From: Alistipes senegalensis
Lineage (GTDB): Bacteria > Cyanobacteriota > Vampirovibrionia > Gastranaerophilales > Gastranaerophilaceae
NCBI GenBank assembly: GCA_963620955.1
Contig: CAVFCO010000113.1
Coordinates: forward strand, 1-50,849
Length of the DNA: 50,849 bases
Direction of reading: 5' to 3'
In this document: piece by piece, positions 19,029-26,502 of the stretch
Numbering within the stretch: position 1 is the stretch's first letter
How the letters are laid out: each line of letters begins with the position of its first letter
Program-made: the position numbers and the translations under genes
The notes under the pieces: generated by a model
What the model was told of the DNA's origin: nothing
Seen by the model: only the letters and a program-made list of their open reading frames with translations
Databases searched by the model: none

Positions 19029-19057
19029 TTGTGCAAAATTTGAAAATAGTGCATAAT
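19029..19057 (+). promoter_or_regulatory. Putative promoter of the three-gene fibre operon
   Basis: TTGTGC, 17-nt spacer, CATAAT. GGAG RBS lies 5 nt before the GTG start at 19081. Confidence 0.3.
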
Positions 19058-19080
19058 GAATAATATAAACTGGAGATACT

Positions 19081-21141
19081 GTGAACCGATTTTTCAATAA
19101 GAAAATTTTAGCCTTCACTCTCGCTGAAATGATGGTCGTATTGGCACTTTTCAGTGTAATTTCTGCTGCGACAATGCCAGTTATAACAGCAAGACAAAAA
19201 ATGGAGGGTGCTGCTTCAACTTCAGGTGGTATTGAGGGTGATGTAGACGACCCATGGACTCATTTTGAAACCTTTAAGGGCTTGGCTTATTATAACGCAA
19301 GCCAACCTGATACTTCTGCAGTAATGGTTGGTGATGAAGTTACAGACTCATCTTCAAGTTTGGGTAAACCAAGTTTGATTGTTGTGGATAAATATGGTAC
19401 AGGTACAAGCGGTAATGAAGATGCCAGCCAAATAGGACTTTTTAAAGACGTAAGTGGTGTTCCATATTATGGCGGTAGAATTATGATGAGTAATAGTAGC
19501 AATCAATCTACAGGTAGTATTGCTATTGGTGCAAGTGCTTTATCTTACAATTCAAATACTACAGTAAGAACATATAACACGGCTATCGGTTCAAATGCTT
19601 TAGCAGATAATAGTTCAAATACTTCAAAAATTGGCAGTGTTGGTATTGGAGCAAGCACACTATTTGGCTGTAGAAGTGCTTATTCGGTTGCAATTGGTAA
19701 TCAAGCAGGTTATAAAACTACTTCTGAACGTTCTGTAATGATTGGTAACCATGCGGGATATAGTTCTTCAGGTACAGGGAGTTTACAATATTCCGTTGCG
19801 ATTGGTGATAGTGCATTTATGTCATCAAATGCTACAGTCTCAACAAAATTTTCTACTGCGATTGGTACGTATGCCGGAGGTAGTGGAAATGCTGATAATA
19901 GTACGTATATTGGTTATTATGCAGGTGTAAACAATAATTCAACGGACTTAGCGGGTGCTGTTGGTATTGGTACAAGAGCAATGTCTTTAGCACAAGATGG
20001 TGCAGAGGGTGTTGGTATTGGATATTATGCCAGTTATGATGGTTCAGGTAATGCAATTTCTATTGGCAGATATGCAGGTGCTTGGGCTGATAACGGTGGC
20101 GGAACACCAATGTCTTCTGTTTATATTGGTTATCGAGCAGGATACTATCAAGGTGAGTCAGAAAATGCTGTAATGATTGGTCATGATGCAGGGTATGCTA
20201 GTGCCATTACAACAGGTGATGATTATTCAAAAGGTCCTGTATTTATAGGATATAATGCCGGATATAGAAGTTCTGATGAGGCAGATGGAAATAATAACTT
20301 TGCTCCTGCGGTAATTGTTGGTCATGGTGCTGGTTCTGACGGTAATTTTGGTGATGCTGCATATTCTATTTATATGGGAAATCATAGCGGTTATTTGACA
20401 CAAGCCTACGATGCTGTGTGTCTTGGACCTTATACTTGTTCGGATTATCAAAATAGCAACTGGAATGGTGGCTTTGTTGGTATTGCAGGAAAACATGGTT
20501 CTTGGGGAGATATGACCTTAGTTTCAAGTGAAAAAATGAGTGTTATCGGTGATTTACCAAGTACATTAAGAACATCGTCATTGAATACTGGTAACGATTT
20601 GATGTTAATATCACCATTGTATGCTGATCAAACTCCATCAACAAATATACTTTCATCAATCATTTTGTTTGGAGAAGTTTTTAGTTCAAAAAGTTCTATG
20701 ACAATTTTTTCTGATAAGAGATTGAAAGAAAATATCAGACCTGCAAAATACGGTTTGAATGAAGTTAGAAAAATTAACGTATACAACTACAACTGGAAAG
20801 AGGGCGATACAAAAACACCTCAAGTTGGTGTAATTGCTCAAGAGGTTCAAAAAATCATTCCAGAAAGTGTTCACGTAGACAAAGACAAAGAGTTTGGCGG
20901 ATACCTGACGGTTGACGGTTCTTGGTTCCTATACTCAATGGTTAATGCGATAAAAGATTTGGATAAACAAGTTCTAACAATCCAAAAGAAACTTGTTGCG
21001 TATACAAAAGAATATGTTTCTTTGGTACAACGAGTTAATAAATTAGAAAAAGAAGTTAAAGTTTTGGAAAAAGAAAACAAAACTTTGACGCATGAAGTAA
21101 AAGTGGCTTACACAAAAGTCAAAAAGGCAGAAAAAAGATAA
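19081..21141 (+). CDS. Prepilin-leader / Gly-Ala-Tyr repeat fibre / S74 chaperone-domain protein, paralog 1 of 3
   Basis: GTG start. N-terminus is MNRFFNKKILA|FTLAEMMVVLALFSVISAATMPVIT. About 17 degenerate repeats such as SVAIGNQAGY, SVMIGNHAGY, STYIGYYAG. SDKRLKENI starts at Ser544. C-terminal heptad-like KLEKEVKVLEKENK. Confidence 0.8.
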   Translation: MNRFFNKKILAFTLAEMMVVLALFSVISAATMPVITARQKMEGAASTSGGIEGDVDDPWTHFETFKGLAYYNASQPDTSAVMVGDEVTDSSSSLGKPSLIVVDKYGTGTSGNEDASQIGLFKDVSGVPYYGGRIMMSNSSNQSTGSIAIGASALSYNSNTTVRTYNTAIGSNALADNSSNTSKIGSVGIGASTLFGCRSAYSVAIGNQAGYKTTSERSVMIGNHAGYSSSGTGSLQYSVAIGDSAFMSSNATVSTKFSTAIGTYAGGSGNADNSTYIGYYAGVNNNSTDLAGAVGIGTRAMSLAQDGAEGVGIGYYASYDGSGNAISIGRYAGAWADNGGGTPMSSVYIGYRAGYYQGESENAVMIGHDAGYASAITTGDDYSKGPVFIGYNAGYRSSDEADGNNNFAPAVIVGHGAGSDGNFGDAAYSIYMGNHSGYLTQAYDAVCLGPYTCSDYQNSNWNGGFVGIAGKHGSWGDMTLVSSEKMSVIGDLPSTLRTSSLNTGNDLMLISPLYADQTPSTNILSSIILFGEVFSSKSSMTIFSDKRLKENIRPAKYGLNEVRKINVYNYNWKEGDTKTPQVGVIAQEVQKIIPESVHVDKDKEFGGYLTVDGSWFLYSMVNAIKDLDKQVLTIQKKLVAYTKEYVSLVQRVNKLEKEVKVLEKENKTLTHEVKVAYTKVKKAEKR
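20710..20967 (+). other. Peptidase S74-like intramolecular chaperone (tail-fibre autoprocessing) domain, paralog 1
   Basis: FSDKRLKENIRPAKYGLNEVRKINVYNYNWK...PQVGVIAQEVQKIIPESV...YSMVNAIKDL matches the Ser/Lys dyad domain of endosialidase and tail-fibre C-termini as I recall it. Confidence 0.7.
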
Positions 21142-21151
21142 CGGAGAATAG

Positions 21152-23299
21152 ATGAAAAATTTCCCTAAAAATTTCATAGCATTCACCTTGTCAGAAATGA
21201 TGATTGTATTGTTAATCATCAGTGTAATTTCTGCTGCAACTTTGCCTGCAATTACTTCTCGTAATGAATCAAATGCAAGCCAAATTTCAGCATCTACTGG
21301 TGGTACAGTAAATGTATCTTCAAACTGGATGTACGATACAACTTACACAAGAGGGTATTACTACAAAAAAGATAGTGATTACAAATTTGTGATAGGTTCT
21401 CCAAGATATCTTTTTAATGACAGTTCAAATAATAGTGAAGCTGGTTTTAACATCAACCGTAATAACAATGGTAGAGCAGTATTAGAAATTACAAGGTCAA
21501 CTAATAGAGGCTCTAGAATAAAAGACCGCTCTGACATTATTTTGTACGATAAAAATAAATTAAATGTCGGCAGAATTTCTATGGACGACTATAACTCTGT
21601 TGCTATCGGTAAAAATGCAGGATATACTTCATATTCAGCAACAAATATCGATAATTCATTAGTTGTCGGACATCTTGCAGGTGATAATTTTGGTTCAAGA
21701 AATACCATAATTGGTGCTTATGCTAATTACGGCGGTGGTATTGCTTATACAGACAGTGTTTTAGTCGGTTCTAATATAAGAAATCAAGACAATATGTATT
21801 CAAGTGTTGTTATTGGTTCTTATGCTTCTGCTGATAGTTATAAAAACGGCAAAAATTATTCAAATTTGTATAACTACGTTGGTATTGGTACTTATGCCGG
21901 ACACGGCAACCCATCTAACAATATGTATGGTGTAAATGTTGGTTATTACGCCGGTGCAAGAGGTGAAAACAAAGTTAATAACATAAGCCATTCACATATC
22001 AATATCGGTGCCTATGCCGGTTATGATTCATCACCAAATGGATATATCCCTGGACTTAATAGAACTGACCCAAAAATCAACTACCAATCAAGTGTTATCA
22101 ATGTTGGATATTGGGCTGGTTCAGAACAATATGAAGCAAAAAATGTAAGCAACAAGCCAAGTGGTGATGGTTTTGGTGCTGTTAATATTGGTTATTATGC
22201 CGGAAATAGTTCTGTAAGAGGTGGTAATATCAATATTGGTCAATATACTGACTACAATAACTCTGGACAAGATAATAAATCAGGCGATTTTAAAATTAAT
22301 ATTGGTGAATTTGCAGGTGAAAACGCAAAAGGATTGTCTGAAAAGGTTGTAAATATCGGTCGTAATGCCGGTAGAAATAGTACTGCTCCATATTCTATAA
22401 ATATTGGTGTTTATGCTGGTGGTAATTCTACTCAAAATAGAAATATCAATATCGGTGCTTATGCCGGTTTTAGTAACAATGCAACGGATTCTATCTTTAT
22501 TGGGCATTACGCAGGTGCGTATGTTCAAGGTAGCCAAAATATTGTAATTTCATCACTTACTACACCTCAAACGGTAACATCATCGTTTAATGGTAATCAA
22601 AATGTCTTTATTGGTTGTTTAAAAGATTTATCTAAAGTAAGTTACAACTTCTCTTACAGATATTGTATTGGTGGTCAATTGCCAAGAGATACTGTAGAAT
22701 ATGGTTCAAGTAAAATATGGTCTACATCAGATTCATCAGGTACTTACAAATATCAAATGTTATTTGTCCCTGGGGGTATAAAAGCATCATCTGCTGTCGG
22801 TTTCCCTTATACATCAATCGTGCTTTATGCAAGATATGTTGTTGCTCCAAATGCTACAATGAAAGCATTTTCTGACAAACGATTAAAAGAAAATATTAAA
22901 CCAACAAAATACGGTATCGACAAATTAAGAAATGTTATAGTTTATCAATACAATATGATTGGCAAACCTGAACCTTGTATCGGTGTTGTTGCTCAACAAT
23001 TGATGAAATTCTATCCGTATGCGGTTAACAAAGCACCTGAAGCAGTTAAAAAAGGTGGATATCTTTCTGTAGATACAGATTGGATTATATATTCTCTTGC
23101 TCAATCAATAAAAGATGTTGACAAAGTTGCAACAGAATTGAGCGAGGATTTGTCTTTGAAAGTTAAAAATTTGATTAGTTTAACTCAAAGAGTAAACAAT
23201 ATTGAAGTTAGACTTGATAGAATTGCAAAATCTAATCAAGAAACAAAAAAACAACTAAAAGAAATGGAAAGTATTACAAAAAAATGGAGTAGCAAGTAA
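21152..23299 (+). CDS. Prepilin-leader / repeat fibre / S74 chaperone-domain protein, paralog 2 of 3
   Basis: MKNFPKNFIA|FTLSEMMIVLLIISVISAATLPAIT. Repeats such as NSVAIGKNAGY, VNVGYYAGA, INIGAYAGY, VNIGYYAGN, INIGVYAGG. SDKRLKENI starts at Ser574. C-terminal coiled-coil-like tail. Starts 10 nt after paralog 1. Confidence 0.8.
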   Translation: MKNFPKNFIAFTLSEMMIVLLIISVISAATLPAITSRNESNASQISASTGGTVNVSSNWMYDTTYTRGYYYKKDSDYKFVIGSPRYLFNDSSNNSEAGFNINRNNNGRAVLEITRSTNRGSRIKDRSDIILYDKNKLNVGRISMDDYNSVAIGKNAGYTSYSATNIDNSLVVGHLAGDNFGSRNTIIGAYANYGGGIAYTDSVLVGSNIRNQDNMYSSVVIGSYASADSYKNGKNYSNLYNYVGIGTYAGHGNPSNNMYGVNVGYYAGARGENKVNNISHSHINIGAYAGYDSSPNGYIPGLNRTDPKINYQSSVINVGYWAGSEQYEAKNVSNKPSGDGFGAVNIGYYAGNSSVRGGNINIGQYTDYNNSGQDNKSGDFKINIGEFAGENAKGLSEKVVNIGRNAGRNSTAPYSINIGVYAGGNSTQNRNINIGAYAGFSNNATDSIFIGHYAGAYVQGSQNIVISSLTTPQTVTSSFNGNQNVFIGCLKDLSKVSYNFSYRYCIGGQLPRDTVEYGSSKIWSTSDSSGTYKYQMLFVPGGIKASSAVGFPYTSIVLYARYVVAPNATMKAFSDKRLKENIKPTKYGIDKLRNVIVYQYNMIGKPEPCIGVVAQQLMKFYPYAVNKAPEAVKKGGYLSVDTDWIIYSLAQSIKDVDKVATELSEDLSLKVKNLISLTQRVNNIEVRLDRIAKSNQETKKQLKEMESITKKWSSK
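22871..23122 (+). other. Peptidase S74-like intramolecular chaperone domain, paralog 2
   Basis: FSDKRLKENIKPTKYGIDKLRNVIVYQYNM...CIGVVAQQLMKFYPYAV...YSLAQSIKDV. Confidence 0.7.
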
Positions 23300-23304
23300 T
23301 CGTT

Positions 23305-25455
23305 ATGAAAAAATTTAAACAAAAAAATTGCATAGCCTTTACCTTAATGGAAATGACACTTGTTTTGCTTATTACAAGTATCATTGCTGCTGCATCTACT
23401 CCTATTGTAACATCTGCTGTTTCAGACTACGCAGACCAAAACTACAAGGCTACAGGTGGTGAAGCACAAGATGTTCCATGGCGTGTATCATCAGGTTATG
23501 ACGGCGGAGGTATTTATAACTCTAAAAAAGAAATAACATCTCCTGTTGGTATGAACGTAAAATTTGGTTCAAACGCATCTAACTACGGATACCCAACACT
23601 TGCGATTGAATCTTTAGGACAATATAACCTTTTCAATGCTCCGCAAATTGCTATGATAAATGCCGCTACAACAGGATATTCTACTATTGGAATGGACGAA
23701 TTTGAAAATGTTGCAATAGTCAATGGTGCAGACTCTTTCATTTCAAGTAAGAGCAGTTCTTCAAAAAATACATATATTGGCGAAAAAAGTGTATTTTTAG
23801 GTGCAGACATTCAAACAACTGCTCCGTATGCTAGTACCGCATTGGATGATATGTATTATGACAATTCTGTTTTAGTCGGTCAATATATTAATACTCGTAT
23901 GACTGAAAACGGCATTTACATGGGTTATGGGATTACTCGTGGAGTTAACGAAAGAAACGTAATCGCAATCGGTAACAACCTAAACTCAGAAGAAGCTTAC
24001 AGTGCAACTTACCAAGGTAACATTCAAATTGGTAATTATGGTAACCAAGCAAAAATTGCAAATTGTATCGCAATCGGTAACTATGCGGCTTATTCTAGCG
24101 GTTTTAAACATGATATCGCAATAGGTCATTTTGCGGGCATGAATTCTGCATTTTATACTTCCTTTATATATACTGTAGGTGATTCTGCAAATATTTCTAT
24201 GGGGCAATATGCAGGTGCAATTAAAAGTCTGTATAACGGAAATATTATTGCCCTCGGAAATTTTAATACAATAAGTATCGGTGGTTATGCCGGCTATATT
24301 GATGTAGATTCTGGACGTTCAAATAGTAATAACATAAATATTGGAGATTTTGCCGGACTTTTCCAAAAAACTACTGCTGCTGCTATCGATTCACTTTATC
24401 AAAATATTAGTATCGGTTATTATGCCGGAGCAAGACCGTTTTCGGCGAATTCAGGTGTAACTTTGGCAAATAACAATGTTGTCCTTGGATACTATGCAGG
24501 TTACAATGCTCCATATAGTAATAGAAACGTTATCATTGGGCCATACGTAGGTAACCAAGTCCAAACTACGAGTTCCATTATAATCGGTAGTGGTTATAAA
24601 GAACGAGAAGTTGACCAAACGGGCTCTGCGTTGGGTAAAGACAATAGTCAAATATCTTATGGTGCTTTAATTTTAGGTACCGGTGCTGGTGCGTATAGTA
24701 ATGCAACTTACGGAAACGTGAATATCGGCTACTATGCCGGAAACCTCTCATCTCGATTCTCTAAACTATATGGTAATGTTGCTATTGGTCCAAATACTTG
24801 CAGAGCGGTTAGTGGGCAAAACAAGTGGTGTCTTGGCTGGGGAAGCCAAGTTGTATGGAATGCAATCTCCCTTGTCGATAATACAACAGTTTGGGATCAT
24901 ACATCAGATGCTCCTCAAATGTTTATTGGTTATGCCGGTACTAGTACTTTAAATTACGATTCATCTGACTGGAATCAAACAGCGATTACTCTATATGCCT
25001 CAAATGTATTTAGACCATCATCGACAAGTTTTAATACTTTGCGTTGGTCAGATAAAAGACTTAAAACAAACATATCAAGAGTAGTTGGCTCTTTAGACAA
25101 AATTAGAAAAGTAAACATCTACGATTATACACTTAAAAAAGACGAACACCACACTCCAAGAATCGGTGTTTTGGCTCAAGAGTTCAAAAAAATCTTCCCA
25201 ACAGAAGTTAAACAAGAACCAAATAGCAAAATGTATGCAGTTGGTGTAGATTCGCTTATCTACACAATGCTTGATGCGATAAAAGATTTGGATATAAATA
25301 TCCAAAATCTACAAAAATATTTTGATGCATACGTTAACGACTTTATGGGCTTGAAATCAAAAGTTGCTAAACTAGAAGCACAATCTAAAAAACTCCAAAC
25401 TGAAAATGCAGAAATGAAATCAAGACTTGCAAAAATTAATGCAAAATTGAAATAG
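23305..25455 (+). CDS. Prepilin-leader / repeat fibre / S74 chaperone-domain protein, paralog 3 of 3
   Basis: MKKFKQKNCIA|FTLMEMTLVLLITSIIAAASTPIVT. Repeats such as CIAIGNYAAY, DIAIGHFAGM, ISIGGYAGY, ISIGYYAGA, VNIGYYAGN. SDKRLKTNI starts at Ser582. C-terminal coiled coil KVAKLEAQSKKLQTENAEMKSRLAKI. Starts 5 nt after paralog 2. Confidence 0.8.
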   Translation: MKKFKQKNCIAFTLMEMTLVLLITSIIAAASTPIVTSAVSDYADQNYKATGGEAQDVPWRVSSGYDGGGIYNSKKEITSPVGMNVKFGSNASNYGYPTLAIESLGQYNLFNAPQIAMINAATTGYSTIGMDEFENVAIVNGADSFISSKSSSSKNTYIGEKSVFLGADIQTTAPYASTALDDMYYDNSVLVGQYINTRMTENGIYMGYGITRGVNERNVIAIGNNLNSEEAYSATYQGNIQIGNYGNQAKIANCIAIGNYAAYSSGFKHDIAIGHFAGMNSAFYTSFIYTVGDSANISMGQYAGAIKSLYNGNIIALGNFNTISIGGYAGYIDVDSGRSNSNNINIGDFAGLFQKTTAAAIDSLYQNISIGYYAGARPFSANSGVTLANNNVVLGYYAGYNAPYSNRNVIIGPYVGNQVQTTSSIIIGSGYKEREVDQTGSALGKDNSQISYGALILGTGAGAYSNATYGNVNIGYYAGNLSSRFSKLYGNVAIGPNTCRAVSGQNKWCLGWGSQVVWNAISLVDNTTVWDHTSDAPQMFIGYAGTSTLNYDSSDWNQTAITLYASNVFRPSSTSFNTLRWSDKRLKTNISRVVGSLDKIRKVNIYDYTLKKDEHHTPRIGVLAQEFKKIFPTEVKQEPNSKMYAVGVDSLIYTMLDAIKDLDINIQNLQKYFDAYVNDFMGLKSKVAKLEAQSKKLQTENAEMKSRLAKINAKLK
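25048..25293 (+). other. Peptidase S74-like intramolecular chaperone domain, paralog 3
   Basis: WSDKRLKTNISRVVGSLDKIRKVNIYDYTLK...PRIGVLAQEFKKIFPTEV...YTMLDAIKDL. Confidence 0.7.
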
Positions 25456-25546
25456 GTTTGAAAATTTGAGTTTTTAAGTAAAAGTTTTAGTTTTTTCTGA
25501 TGTTTTTTACGGTCGGTTTTGATTTTTGATAGTTATTTTGTTTTTA

Positions 25547-25574
25547 ACGGCGGTTTGCATTCGCAAACCGCCGT
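25547..25574 (+). terminator. GC-rich hairpin downstream of the fibre operon
   Basis: 12-bp stem acggcggtttgc / gcaaaccgccgt, 4-nt loop. Preceded by a T-rich tract but lacks a clean 3' U-tail. Confidence 0.5.
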
Positions 25575-25619
25575 AAATCTTATAAAATCTTTCGATTTTA
25601 AAAATCTTCCCACCCCGCC

Positions 25620-25650
25620 ACTTGATTTTTGGGACAAAATCAAGTATAAT
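25620..25650 (+). promoter_or_regulatory. Near-consensus promoter overlapped by a perfect inverted repeat (likely TA operator)
   Basis: TTGATT (25622..25627), 17-nt spacer, TATAAT (25645..25650). The inverted repeat ACTTGATTTT (25620..25629) / AAAATCAAGT (25636..25645) spans the -35 element and the spacer. Confidence 0.6.
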
Positions 25651-25671
25651 GAATATACAAGGAATTAAAAT

Positions 25672-26001
25672 ATGTGTCAACTTTTTACAGCCGAATATAC
25701 AAATGAAGCCTTGAAACAGTTAGAAGAACTTGAAGAAAAGGAGTTTAAAAAAATATTAAAAGCGATTTATATTTTTGAACATGTTGGTACAAAGTATAAA
25801 TATATAAATGATTTAGGTAATGGTTTATTTGAATTAAAGCCAGACAACGTCAGAGCATATTTTAAATATGCAAAAAATAAAATAATAATCATTGGTTTGG
25901 TTGTTTTAAAAAAGACACAAAAAGCACCAAAACGATATATCGAACAAGCATTAAAAAATATTGAACGATATTTACAAGAACATAAGGAGTTAGACTTATG
26001 A
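25672..26001 (+). CDS. Type II toxin, RelE/ParE superfamily (phage Gp49 / HigB-like)
   Basis: 109 aa. The LGNGLFELKPDNVRAYFKY..NKIIIIGLVVLKKTQKAPKRYIEQA pattern is typical of Gp49-like toxins. The toxin gene comes first, as in higBA. Confidence 0.75.
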   Translation: MCQLFTAEYTNEALKQLEELEEKEFKKILKAIYIFEHVGTKYKYINDLGNGLFELKPDNVRAYFKYAKNKIIIIGLVVLKKTQKAPKRYIEQALKNIERYLQEHKELDL

Positions 26002-26249
26002 GAAACAAAATTACAACAAAAGAATTAATTCAAAATCGTCTTTCTGAAGAAGATGCAAAAATGTTGATTCAAGAAGCAGAAGACGAAATTCAAGAAATAA
26101 AATGGGGCGGAAAACGTGAAGGTGCAGGACGTAAGCCAAAAACTGGTGAAGTCCTTGAGTTCCGTGTTAGATTGTCAAAAAAAGAAAAACAATTCATTGA
26201 TTATGCAAGAAAACACAAACTTAATTACGATGAACTAATGCAAGGATAA
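25998..26249 (+). CDS. Putative antitoxin with a C-terminal ribbon-helix-helix-like segment
   Basis: ATGA start/stop overlap with the toxin gene and an AAGGAG RBS. GGKREGAGRKPK basic linker, followed by LEFRVRLSKKEKQFIDYARKHKLNYDELM (strand, helix, helix pattern). Confidence 0.55.
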   Translation: MRNKITTKELIQNRLSEEDAKMLIQEAEDEIQEIKWGGKREGAGRKPKTGEVLEFRVRLSKKEKQFIDYARKHKLNYDELMQG

Positions 26250-26502
26250 TTTTAAATTTTTAACATGCCCCACTTGACAAGCAAAGCAAGATTTACAATG
26301 CGTTAGGGCGATTGTTTTTTTAATTGTAAAATTTTGTAACAATTTTTTTAGTGTGATTTTTACTATTTAATTGACTATGATTTTTGATGTAGTACCATAG
26401 AATAGCATGCTTTTTGATTATCAAATATACATTTTGTAAAGAAATATTAAAAAGATTAAAACGTACGTACACAATAGAATATAAAAGAATGAGGTTATTT
26501 TA

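Noticed and set aside
19853-20056. Antisense and out-of-frame ORFs inside the fibre genes (for example 19742..19930, 19853..20056, 20227..20496, 22280..22537, 23986..24207, 24451..24651).
   Set aside because: They are His/Tyr/Gln- or Ile/Thr-rich low-complexity shadows of the repetitive GGT/GCN/TAT coding frame. They have no RBS and lie fully inside much longer ORFs.
19081-25455. The fibre genes as part of a prophage tail module.
   Set aside because: No capsid, portal, terminase, tape-measure, baseplate, integrase or lysis genes flank them. The flanks are ftsH and rpoB, and all three proteins carry prepilin-like leaders that phage fibres lack. A degenerate remnant cannot be fully excluded without the whole contig.
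26274-26299. TTGACA ... TACAAT pair upstream of rpoB as a promoter.
   Set aside because: The spacer is only 14 nt, too short for a functional sigma70-type promoter. Other candidates nearby (TTGACT 26371 with TACCAT 26393) are weak, so no rpoB promoter is called.
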